From IMG/VR virus record IMGVR_UViG_3300045988_025029, positions 1-39,123 of that record: 39,123 bases of DNA; one strand, written 5' to 3'. Both the position numbers and the translations under genes were made by a program. The DNA is from a virus. Shown here piece by piece: positions 31,619-39,123 of this stretch (position 1 is its first letter; each line of letters opens with the position of its first letter). The notes beneath the pieces are model-generated. The model made no database searches. It was not told the origin of the DNA and saw nothing but the letters and a program-made list of their open reading frames with translations.

Positions 31619-31996
31619 ATGGTAAACAGAATGATTTTGCAGGGGCGGCTTTGCTCTGACCCAGAACGCAGAGCCACACAGAACGGGACAACGGTGTGCA
31701 GCTTCCGCGTGGCGTGGAGCGAGAAGGTAAAGGACAGAGAAACAAAGCTGTTCCTCCCCTGTGTGGCATGGCAGGGAACGGCAGAGCTGATCTGCACCCA
31801 CTTTACCAAAGGCAAGGAGATCATCGTGGAGGGCAAGCTCTCCAGCCGGGACTATGAGGACAAGGCCGGCAACAAGCGCACCGTAGTGGAGCTGACTGCC
31901 GACAAGGTGCATTTCTGCGGCAGCAAGGACGCTGTACAGAAGCCTACGCAGACTTTCGAGGAGATTTCCGAGGATGACGACGATATTCCGTTCTGA
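31619..31996 (+). CDS. ssb: Single-stranded DNA-binding protein
   Basis: OB-fold N-terminus (MILQGRLCSDPERRATQNGTTVCSFRVAW) and an acidic tail ending DDDDIPF. Confidence 0.9.
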   Translation: MVNRMILQGRLCSDPERRATQNGTTVCSFRVAWSEKVKDRETKLFLPCVAWQGTAELICTHFTKGKEIIVEGKLSSRDYEDKAGNKRTVVELTADKVHFCGSKDAVQKPTQTFEEISEDDDDIPF

Positions 31997-32007
31997 GGTG
32001 ATGGCGC

Positions 32008-32637
32008 ATGGCAAGAAATTATGCGGCACTCTTCCACGAGTATTTGGACGAGATGGCCGACCTCACAGACGCTGAGTTCGGGAGATTAGCGCGGGCGTTG
32101 CTGGTTTACAGCCGCACGGGGGAATTTCCGGCACTCAATGGGAATGAGCGACTTTTCAAACGCCGTGTCATCATGCAGGAAGATCGGGCACAGGAAAGCT
32201 ATGTCCAAGTGGTTGAAAAGAACAGGGCAAATGGGAAGTTAGGCGGCAGGCCGAGAAAACCCACAGAAACCCAAAATAACCCAAAGAAACCCAACGAAAC
32301 CCAAAAAACCCAAATCGAAATCGAATCCGAAATCGAATCCGAAATCAATACTCCGTTGCCTAACGGCAACAAAGGGAGTAAGGCGGCTACGCCGCCAACG
32401 CGCGAAACGCGCTTCTCTCCGCCCTCTTTGGACGAGGTTCAGGCTTATATCGCAGAACGGGGGTCTGCAGTTGACGCACAGCAGTTCATCGATTTCTACG
32501 CCAGCAAGGGCTGGATGGTTGGGAAAAACCGCATGAAGGACTGGAAGGCCGCCGTCAGAACATGGGAGAAGCGCAGAAAGGAGGAAGCCGGTGAACAGCC
32601 AACAAAGCAAGAGTACCATGTCGGAACATGGCTGTGA
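32008..32637 (+). CDS. Replisome organiser/replication initiator-like protein with an embedded iteron array
   Basis: Two-domain protein joined by a low-complexity linker that is encoded by tandem DNA repeats. Precedes the DnaC-like loader. Confidence 0.65.
   Translation: MARNYAALFHEYLDEMADLTDAEFGRLARALLVYSRTGEFPALNGNERLFKRRVIMQEDRAQESYVQVVEKNRANGKLGGRPRKPTETQNNPKKPNETQKTQIEIESEIESEINTPLPNGNKGSKAATPPTRETRFSPPSLDEVQAYIAERGSAVDAQQFIDFYASKGWMVGKNRMKDWKAAVRTWEKRRKEEAGEQPTKQEYHVGTWL
32254..32349. repeat. Iteron-like array: six AACCCA motifs at a 10-bp period, then GAAATCGAATCC x2.5
   Basis: AACCCA starts at 32258, 32268, 32278, 32288, 32298 and 32307. 12-mers at 32317 and 32329, with a partial copy at 32341. 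Confidence 0.8.
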
Positions 32638-33286
32638 CATCTGCGGCGGGCTGGGCTACACCGTCCGGCGCACGGAAAGCGGCGAACTGGTGAGCAGCAC
32701 TTGCAAATGCGAGATCATCCGGCAAAACAGAATTCGCATGGAGCGTTCCGGGCTGGCCGGTCTGCTGGATAACTGTACATTCGAGGCATTCCAGACGCGG
32801 GAGTATTGGCAACAGGCCGCAAAGCAAGCGGCGGAGAAGTATTTGACCGACTGGAAGGGCAAGTGGTTTTTCATCGGCGGCTCTCCCGGAACTGGGAAAA
32901 CCCACCTATGTACGGCGATTTGCGCCAAGCTGATGGACGGCGGAATCCCTGTCCGGTATGTGCAATGGCGGGGAGATATTCCCGCAATCAAGGCAAAGGT
33001 AAACGATGCGGAAGCATACGCCGAAGCCATGCACCCGCTGAAAACCGTCCGTGCGCTGTATATCGACGATTTCCTAAAGGGCAGCGTTACGGATGCCGAC
33101 AAAAACATCGCATTTGACCTGCTGAATGCCCGGTACATTGACCCGGATGCAATCACGATCATCTCCACGGAGTTGACCATTGACCGCATTTTGAGCTGGG
33201 ATGAAGCAATCGGCAGCAGAATCAACCAGCGGGCGAGGGATTATATGCTGAACATCGGGAAAAAGCAGAATTGGAGGCTGAAATGA
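32591..33286 (+). CDS. DnaC/IstB-like AAA+ helicase loader
   Basis: AAAGGAGG RBS upstream of the GTG start. Walker A GGSPGTGKTH and Walker B LYIDDF. Confidence 0.85.
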   Translation: MNSQQSKSTMSEHGCDICGGLGYTVRRTESGELVSSTCKCEIIRQNRIRMERSGLAGLLDNCTFEAFQTREYWQQAAKQAAEKYLTDWKGKWFFIGGSPGTGKTHLCTAICAKLMDGGIPVRYVQWRGDIPAIKAKVNDAEAYAEAMHPLKTVRALYIDDFLKGSVTDADKNIAFDLLNARYIDPDAITIISTELTIDRILSWDEAIGSRINQRARDYMLNIGKKQNWRLK

Positions 33287-33304
33287 TAGATTGGGGGAAC
33301 GGAG

Positions 33305-34816
33305 ATGAAGCACCTGGGAGATATTACGAAAATCAACGGCGCAGAAATTGAAATCGTGGATGTTATCACGGGCGGATCGCCGTGCCAGGATTTGAGCATT
33401 GCAGGAAAACGCGCTGGATTGGCGGGAGCAAGGAGCGGATTGTTCATGGAGCAGATCCGAATCGTAAAGGAGATGAGAGAGCATGACAGAGCGAACGGAC
33501 GGACAGGTGACATGGTCAGACCTCGGTTTATGGTCTGGGAAAACGTTCCCGGAGCGTTCAGCAGCAACAAAGGGCAAGACTTCGCGGCAGTCCTCAAAGA
33601 GATCATCCGCATCGCAGAGCCGGAAGCCCCCGATATTGATGTGCCTGAAAAAGGCTGGCCAACTTGGGGGGGATACCACGATGAAGTGGGAGGACGATGG
33701 AGCGTGGCTTGGCGAGTGCATGACGCGCAATACTGGGGAGTCCCCCAACGTCGCCGCCGAATCTCGCTTGTCGCAGATTTTGGAGGCGACACCGCCGGCG
33801 AAATACTCTTTGAGCGCAAAAGCGTGTCAAGGCATCCTACGGAGAGCGGAACGGCGCGGGAAGAAGCTGCCGGAGGCTTTGGAACGGGTGCTGACTGCGC
33901 AATCCCAATTAACGATAAGGCCACTCGATACGCCGGAGGCGGAAGCTCGCGCAACCACGACGGTAGCGGAAACGGACTTGGCATAGGCAAGAACGGGGAT
34001 CCGTCGCCGACGATCACGGCGGGGGATCGGCATATCGTTTGCGCAGCCTTTAAGGCGGGACAGGGCGCAAAGGCGAACGGCATCGGCTATGCCGAGGAAT
34101 GCGCGCCGACGCTGGGCGCGGTATCAAGTGGGCTGAATCAATGTCCGTCTGTTTTGATATTTGATCGCGCGCAGATCACATCGCCGAATAACCGCAGCAC
34201 CGTCGGATGGGACAAGCCGTGTCCTGCGCTGCACACCGTCGGCGAGGTTCCGACGGTTTGCTATCAAATGCAGGGCTTCGGCGATTATCGCGAGGGCGAT
34301 GTTGCGAGCAGCTGCAAGCAGCGAGACTACAAGGACAGTACCGATTTAGTGGTCAGCAGTGTTGATTGCCGCAATTTCACCGAGGGGGGTGAGATCAATG
34401 GGACGCTGCAAGCAAAAGAGAGCGGCGGGCAAAGTCTGAATTTGCAAAACACCATCCGAACCGGAATGATTGTGCGCCGCCTCACGCCGATGGAATGCGA
34501 GCGGCTGCAAGGCTATTCGGACGGCTGGACGGACATCGGCGAATGGCGCGACAGCAAGGGCAAGCTCCGCGACAGCGCGGACAGCCCGCGCTACGAGGCA
34601 CTGGGTAACTCCATCGCCCTGCCCTTCTGGGATTTCCTGGCAAAGCGTATCAGTGCGCAATATCTTCGCCCTGTTACGATGGGTAGCCTGTTTGACGGCA
34701 TCGGCGGCTTTCCGCTGGTATTCGAGCGGCACAACGGCAAGGGAACGGCACGCTGGGCAAGCGAGATCGAGGAATTTCCTATCGCCGTGACGAAACTGAG
34801 ATTTGGGGAGGAATGA
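33305..34816 (+). CDS. DNA (cytosine-5)-methyltransferase, apparently circularly permuted (motifs III-X then I-II)
   Basis: GDITKI, GGSPCQDLS, ENVPG, QRRRR, RRLTPMECERLQGYSDGW, LGNSIALP, then LFDGIGGF (34691..34708) and WASEIEEF at the C-terminus. Confidence 0.85.
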   Translation: MKHLGDITKINGAEIEIVDVITGGSPCQDLSIAGKRAGLAGARSGLFMEQIRIVKEMREHDRANGRTGDMVRPRFMVWENVPGAFSSNKGQDFAAVLKEIIRIAEPEAPDIDVPEKGWPTWGGYHDEVGGRWSVAWRVHDAQYWGVPQRRRRISLVADFGGDTAGEILFERKSVSRHPTESGTAREEAAGGFGTGADCAIPINDKATRYAGGGSSRNHDGSGNGLGIGKNGDPSPTITAGDRHIVCAAFKAGQGAKANGIGYAEECAPTLGAVSSGLNQCPSVLIFDRAQITSPNNRSTVGWDKPCPALHTVGEVPTVCYQMQGFGDYREGDVASSCKQRDYKDSTDLVVSSVDCRNFTEGGEINGTLQAKESGGQSLNLQNTIRTGMIVRRLTPMECERLQGYSDGWTDIGEWRDSKGKLRDSADSPRYEALGNSIALPFWDFLAKRISAQYLRPVTMGSLFDGIGGFPLVFERHNGKGTARWASEIEEFPIAVTKLRFGEE

Positions 34817-34817
34817 C

Positions 34818-35114
34818 ATGACCACATTACGCATGATTCCCGGCATTACATACACCCGGAAAAACCTTGAAGCATTGACCGGTATGCCGGACAGAGCGAA
34901 CAGGAACATGATCCGAGCCCAGCGGCGGCAGGGGGTGCCCATTGTGGCTCTGCCGGATGGCGGCTACAAACTGGCGGAGACGGACGAGGAGAAGAAGATG
35001 CTCCTTGCCATGTACCGCAAGCGGGCTTTGGACGAGCTGGGCACATACCACCGCCTTGCCAAAGCAATGCAGGTGGATGGGCAGATGGAGGTGGCGGGGT
35101 ATGAAACGGTATAA
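34818..35114 (+). CDS. Hypothetical (winged-helix-like) protein
   Basis: GGGGAGG RBS. Starts 2 nt after the methyltransferase stop. Confidence 0.6.
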   Translation: MTTLRMIPGITYTRKNLEALTGMPDRANRNMIRAQRRQGVPIVALPDGGYKLAETDEEKKMLLAMYRKRALDELGTYHRLAKAMQVDGQMEVAGYETV

Positions 35115-36177
35115 CACGCCGTTGACGAAAGAGGCTGCCAAGAAATTGCTATCCCTTGATTTGGATGACAAGGTCATCACCAGCGTTGAGAAACTGTATG
35201 AATGGTACACCGAGTGGGGCGGACAGTGTTATGTTTCATTTTCCGGTGGAAAGGACAGCACGGTGCTGGCGTATCTGGTTGCGTGGTACTTGTCGAGCTT
35301 CAGGACACCGCCGTGGGAGCTGAACTTGGTGTTTGTGAACACGGGGCTGGAGTACCCGGAGATACAGAAGTTCGTCAACGAGTACGCCGGCTGGCTTCGG
35401 AGGGAGTTTCCCCACGTGACTGTCAACCTTGTGCGCTTGAGGCCGAAAATGAGCATCCGGCAGATCGTGACCAAATACGGCTATAGCGTTGTAAGCAAAG
35501 AGGTGGCGGACTGCATAGCCGACGCGAAGCGCAATCCCAACGGCTTGCGGATGCGGCGTTTGCGCGGCGAAGATATGCGCCGAGATGGAAAACCATCCGT
35601 CTACAATTGCCCGAAATGGGAATATCTCCTGTATGCGCCGTTTAACATTTCGGCCAAGTGCTGCGCGACCATGAAAAAAACACCGCTAAAAGCCTACGCC
35701 CACAAAACAGGGCAGCAGGCCATAGTGGCGACGATGGCAGAGGAATCCCGCCTGCGCATGACGTACTGGCTCAAAACTGGCTGCAACGCCTTTGAGGGAA
35801 AGCGACCGATTGGCAAGCCCATGAGCTTTTGGACGGAGCAGGACGTGTTTCGGTATATCTCGGACAACCAAATACCCATTGCAAGTGTATACGGTGACAT
35901 CGTGGCCAGCGACGGCGAGAATGATTATCCGTCGACGCTCATCGAAAAGCCGCTGCACTGCACGGGATGCCAGAGGACGGGGTGTATGTTCTGCGGCTTT
36001 GGGGCGCATCTCGAAAAGGGAGAGAATCGATTCGAGCGCATGAAGCACACGCATCCGAAGCACTACGAATTTTGCATTGGCGGTGGGGCGTATGACCCTG
36101 TGGACGGCCTATGGAAGCCAACTGAAAAGGGGCTTGGCTACGCCAGAGTATTGGACTACATCGGAGTGAGGTATTGA
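35101..36177 (+). CDS. PAPS reductase/DndC-like PP-loop ATP-pyrophosphatase family protein with a C-terminal Cys cluster
   Basis: PP-loop motif SFSGGKDST. C-terminal cluster CTGCQRTGCMFCG. Confidence 0.8.
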   Translation: MKRYNTPLTKEAAKKLLSLDLDDKVITSVEKLYEWYTEWGGQCYVSFSGGKDSTVLAYLVAWYLSSFRTPPWELNLVFVNTGLEYPEIQKFVNEYAGWLRREFPHVTVNLVRLRPKMSIRQIVTKYGYSVVSKEVADCIADAKRNPNGLRMRRLRGEDMRRDGKPSVYNCPKWEYLLYAPFNISAKCCATMKKTPLKAYAHKTGQQAIVATMAEESRLRMTYWLKTGCNAFEGKRPIGKPMSFWTEQDVFRYISDNQIPIASVYGDIVASDGENDYPSTLIEKPLHCTGCQRTGCMFCGFGAHLEKGENRFERMKHTHPKHYEFCIGGGAYDPVDGLWKPTEKGLGYARVLDYIGVRY

Positions 36178-36178
36178 G

Positions 36179-36376
36179 ATGACAGTATACATGCGCGTAA
36201 GCCGGGACAAGTACGAGCTACCGGAGGCGGTGTCCGATTCCATCATTGAGCTTGCCAATATGTGCCATATTAACTGGCGCTCTATCTACAAGGCAGTATA
36301 CAACAGCGGTAGACGGTACAAAGGACGGCCCAGATATGTGGCGGTGTCCATCGAGGAGGGGGCGGAAGATGATTAA
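36179..36376 (+). CDS. Hypothetical small protein
   Basis: ORF in the tightly packed + strand array. Confidence 0.55.
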   Translation: MTVYMRVSRDKYELPEAVSDSIIELANMCHINWRSIYKAVYNSGRRYKGRPRYVAVSIEEGAEDD

Positions 36377-36749
36377 GATAACCATACCGATGCCGCCCGT
36401 CACAAAGAAAAACTCTATGCGGATCTTGCATAGCAGCAAAACGGGGAGGCCGTTTATTATGCCGTCCCAGAAGTATATGGACTACGAGGCGGAAGCTGTA
36501 TGGAACTGCAAAAAGGCCAGAGTGCAGCGTCCCATTGAGGAGCCTGTGGAGGTCAAATGCCTGTTTTATATGCCTACCAGGCGGCGAGTGGATTTGACGA
36601 ATCTGCTGGAATCCATCGACGATGTGCTGGTGAAGGCCGGTGTTATAAAGGACGATCACAGCGGCATTATCGTTAGCCACGACGGGAGCCGGGTGCTGTA
36701 CGACAAGCAGAATCCACGCACGGAGGTGTACATAGCAGACTATGAATGA
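36369..36749 (+). CDS. rusA: RusA-family Holliday junction resolvase
   Basis: IPMPPVTKKNS...RRRVDLTNLLESIDDVLVKAGVIKDD. Confidence 0.8.
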   Translation: MIKITIPMPPVTKKNSMRILHSSKTGRPFIMPSQKYMDYEAEAVWNCKKARVQRPIEEPVEVKCLFYMPTRRRVDLTNLLESIDDVLVKAGVIKDDHSGIIVSHDGSRVLYDKQNPRTEVYIADYE

Positions 36750-37326
36750 TTTTGATTACGACTGCATGCAGAAAAAACGCATAGCGATGGGTGCATTTGC
36801 TCACATCAACAGAAAACGCGGTGGATGTTCGCTCCCCAGTGACACCCTCACCGAAAAGCAGAGGAAGGAGAAAAACGGAGAAGTGAAAAGCTATAATATC
36901 ACGCGGCCTATGCCGTGGCATGAATTTAAGAAAATGCCGGAGGATCTGAAACGCGAGTTTTTCCGCAACATGCAATCTTTCGGTGGTACGGCCAAATGGC
37001 TGGCGGAGGAAATGAACGCTTGTGATGCAACGATACGCCGCGAGGCGGAATTAGTAGGTGCGCCATTCCGGCGCGGTGGAAGAAACGCGGAGATGTGGCA
37101 GCGTAAAATCATGGAGTGGGCTAATGCGGATGCGGTGGACATACATACGGTGGATGCGCAGAGCGAGGAGCACGCTGCCAACGATGCACCGCCGAAAGCA
37201 GACAAGCCGCAGACGGGCGTAAAGCTGCTGCACGCGCGGCTGGAGATGAGCGGCAATAGAGAGTCCCTGCTGGCAAATCTGCGGGTGCTGCTGCCGGACG
37301 AGGGACAGGTGACGGTGGAATGGTGA
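36742..37326 (+). CDS. Hypothetical protein
   Basis: 194-aa ORF overlapping the rusA stop. Confidence 0.6.
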   Translation: MNDFDYDCMQKKRIAMGAFAHINRKRGGCSLPSDTLTEKQRKEKNGEVKSYNITRPMPWHEFKKMPEDLKREFFRNMQSFGGTAKWLAEEMNACDATIRREAELVGAPFRRGGRNAEMWQRKIMEWANADAVDIHTVDAQSEEHAANDAPPKADKPQTGVKLLHARLEMSGNRESLLANLRVLLPDEGQVTVEW

Positions 37327-37333
37327 AGTATGA

Positions 37334-37462
37334 AGATTTCCTTTCATAAGCAATACGGAGGTAGGCAGGACAACGCCGGACTTGTTTACTCTGTGCATGA
37401 TCTGCGATGCGCTGGGCGTCACGATCAACTGGGGAATTTACGGAGGGGGAAAAATCAGATGA
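37334..37462 (+). pseudogene. N-terminally truncated XRE-HTH remnant
   Basis: The open frame with no start codon reads ISNTEVGRTTPDLFTLCMICDALGVTINWGIYGG, i.e. helix 3 onward of an HTH_3 domain. Its stop overlaps the ATG at 37459. Confidence 0.4.
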
Positions 37463-37929
37463 AAAAGATCATTGCAGCAGCTTGCGGTCTGGCTATCGGT
37501 CTGCTTGCAGCGGGCGGAATTTTGTGGTGCGAGCTGCTGGCCAAGGAGGCGGAGGCCGCAAAAGCCGTTACCCTGCCGCAAGTGGAGGCAATAGTGCCGC
37601 AGACCAGACAGCAGGAGGCCGCACAAGAAGCTCCGCAGACGCAGGAAAGGGTGTTTACCGTAACTGCATATTGCCCGTGCTGGAAATGCTGTGGAGCCTA
37701 TGCAAACGGCTATACAGCCACCGGCGCAAAAGCCACGCAGGGCGTGACGGTGGCCGCAGATCCTGCCGTGCTGCCGATGGGCACGGAGATACAGATAGAT
37801 GGCCATACATACACCGTGCAGGACACCGGCGGCGCCATTGCTGGGTATCGGCTGGATCTGTATTTTGACAGCCACGAGGACGCCTTGCGGTGGGGCGTGC
37901 GGGAAAAGATCGTGAGGTGGGCCGGATGA
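37459..37929 (+). CDS. Secreted/membrane-anchored 3D-domain (MltA/YuiC-like) protein
   Basis: GGAGGGGG RBS. Signal/TM segment KKIIAAACGLAIGLLAAGGIL. FTVTAYCPCWKCCG...VAADPAVLPMGT...VQDTGGAIAGYRLDLYF. Confidence 0.75.
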   Translation: MKKIIAAACGLAIGLLAAGGILWCELLAKEAEAAKAVTLPQVEAIVPQTRQQEAAQEAPQTQERVFTVTAYCPCWKCCGAYANGYTATGAKATQGVTVAADPAVLPMGTEIQIDGHTYTVQDTGGAIAGYRLDLYFDSHEDALRWGVREKIVRWAG

Positions 37930-38126
37930 AAAGCCCCTGCGTAAAGGATTGCCCGGACAGGCTCCCGTGCGGGGCCTGCCGAAAAAACTGCGAGGCGTTC
38001 CTGGCGTATGAGGCCAAACGGCTGGAGAAAAAAACGTGGGTCGATCAGGCGAACACTTACGCGCGGGAGCGCTATGTGCGGCAGAGCGCGAGGTTTGCAA
38101 AGGCTGGGAAACGACATATGAGATAG
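37926..38126 (+). CDS. Small Cys-rich protein
   Basis: ATGA overlap. Product MKSPCVKDCPDRLPCGACRKNC. Confidence 0.55.
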   Translation: MKSPCVKDCPDRLPCGACRKNCEAFLAYEAKRLEKKTWVDQANTYARERYVRQSARFAKAGKRHMR

Positions 38127-38138
38127 GAGGTTGACAAT

Positions 38139-38507
38139 ATGGATGCTGTGAAGTTTATCGAGGAACGCGACAGGATGTGCAAATCGTTTGATATTTGTTC
38201 TTGCGGTTTGCGCATCTGCCCTGCCTGGGATGGTTCGTGCAAACTTGAAACTGGAACATATCTCAAAGGTGAAGCAGATAAGATGGTTAAGATCGTCGAG
38301 GAATGGTCGGCTGCACACCCGCGTAAGACACGGCAAAGTGTGTTTTTGGAGCAGTATCCGGAGGCACGCATGGGAGATGATGGTGTGTTGCATGTAGATC
38401 CCTGCTCGATTTCCGCGTCGCACAGAAATGCACACGGTAGCTGTGCAACTATGGCACGCGAATGCAAGGACTGCCGCCGCGAGTTCTGGATGCAGGAGGT
38501 GGAGTGA
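38139..38507 (+). CDS. Hypothetical Cys-rich protein
   Basis: AGGAGG RBS. C-terminal CKDCRREFWMQEVE. Confidence 0.6.
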   Translation: MDAVKFIEERDRMCKSFDICSCGLRICPAWDGSCKLETGTYLKGEADKMVKIVEEWSAAHPRKTRQSVFLEQYPEARMGDDGVLHVDPCSISASHRNAHGSCATMARECKDCRREFWMQEVE

Positions 38508-38995
38508 TGGAACGACTGACGGAAAAGCATTATCTTGGCACCGACCATTACATGAAGTGTTCTGGTAGCTGCAATGTGGACATGGATTGCATAGATTGCC
38601 CATCGTTTGACTGTCTGGTTGAACGCCTCGCCGCCTACGAGGACACGGGGCTGACGCCGCAGGAAGTGTCTGCGCTGATTAAAGACTGGAGCGACCGTTG
38701 CACTATCGTAGGAGAGTGTGGCGGCATCGACCGCATGCGGGAGCTGGCGGAGGCCGACAAGGACGGTCGGCTGGTGGTGCTGCCGTGCAAGGCGGGCGAC
38801 GGGCTTTGGACATTCTGTAATCACCCGTCCGAGCAAGTTTACAGTTTTACTGTGACAGATATAAGCACACTTAATGGGAGGACTATGCTGAACACATCAC
38901 GTTGCGGCGTTATAGATGCGCGTGATGTCGGCAAGACCGTATTCCGCACCCGCGAGGAAGCGAAGAAAGCATTGGAGGCGATGAAGGATGAGTAA
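38507..38995 (+). CDS. Hypothetical protein
   Basis: TGATG coupling to the previous ORF. 162 aa. Confidence 0.6.
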   Translation: MERLTEKHYLGTDHYMKCSGSCNVDMDCIDCPSFDCLVERLAAYEDTGLTPQEVSALIKDWSDRCTIVGECGGIDRMRELAEADKDGRLVVLPCKAGDGLWTFCNHPSEQVYSFTVTDISTLNGRTMLNTSRCGVIDARDVGKTVFRTREEAKKALEAMKDE

Positions 38996-39123
38996 GGCTG
39001 TTATGCTGAGCATCCGCCCCAAGTGGGTGGAGAAGATCGCCAGCGGCGAAAAGACCATTGAAGTCCGAAAGACCAAGCCGAAGCTGAAAACGCCGTTTAA
39101 GTGCTATATCTACTGCACGCTGC
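38988..39123 (+). CDS. ASCH-domain-like protein, 5' portion (continues at 1..495)
   Basis: The ATG overlaps the upstream stop region. The frame runs into the terminal repeat and matches frame 1 at the start of the window. Confidence 0.7.
   Translation, partial: MSKAVMLSIRPKWVEKIASGEKTIEVRKTKPKLKTPFKCYIYCTL
39069..39123. repeat. Terminal direct repeat copy 2 (circular-assembly overlap)
   Basis: 55/55 nt identical to 1..55. Confidence 0.95.

Larger units (their letters stand above)
1..39123. mobile_element. Complete temperate tailed-phage genome (siphovirus-type module order), circular/attP form; unique length 39068 bp
   Basis: Contiguous lysogeny, early/replication, packaging, head, tail, lysis and moron modules. 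The ends are 55 nt identical. The integrase lies next to a 3' tRNA fragment, and there are no host flanks. Confidence 0.9.

Overview
The window is one complete temperate tailed-phage genome in circular (attP) form. The first and last 55 nt are identical and sit in-frame inside one ASCH-domain ORF, so the unique length is 39,068 bp. Almost all genes are on the + strand. In order they are: a Cro-like early operon with recombination and replication genes (Erf, NinB-like, HNH, SSB, replisome organiser with iterons, DnaC-like loader, C5-methyltransferase, PAPS-reductase-like protein, RusA); small Cys-rich proteins; a late activator; a ParB-methyltransferase; TerS and TerL; portal; a MuF-type minor head protein; scaffold; major capsid; connectors; major tail protein; a G/T chaperone; tape measure; Dit; Tal; a tail fibre; holin and amidase-SPOR endolysin; a moron cluster; attP (3' half of tRNA-Lys); and a tyrosine integrase with the immunity genes. 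GC content and the protein families suggest a Clostridia-type gut Firmicute host, but this is inference only. Features the standard phage modules do not explain: (1) a tRNA-like gene with intact acceptor, D and T arms but no foldable anticodon arm; (2) a minus-strand accessory operon with a near-consensus promoter whose spacer is a perfect 19-bp palindrome, an unknown 148-aa protein, and a promoter-leader-terminator attenuator in front of an HTH gene; (3) a MuF head protein fused to a PD-(D/E)xK nuclease/toxin-like domain with no adjacent immunity gene; (4) a PH-domain moron with its own promoter and terminator between the tail chaperone and the tape measure; (5) a post-lysis gene cluster whose products resemble spore coat or exosporium proteins; (6) two 28/31-identical GC-rich hairpins in inverted orientation around the immunity module, one nested inside a 171-bp dyad element within an unusually long 434-bp repressor/cro intergenic region; (7) a C5-methyltransferase whose SAM-binding motifs I-II lie at the C-terminus, i.e. 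a circular permutation. All functional calls come from motifs read by eye and gene order. No database search was run.
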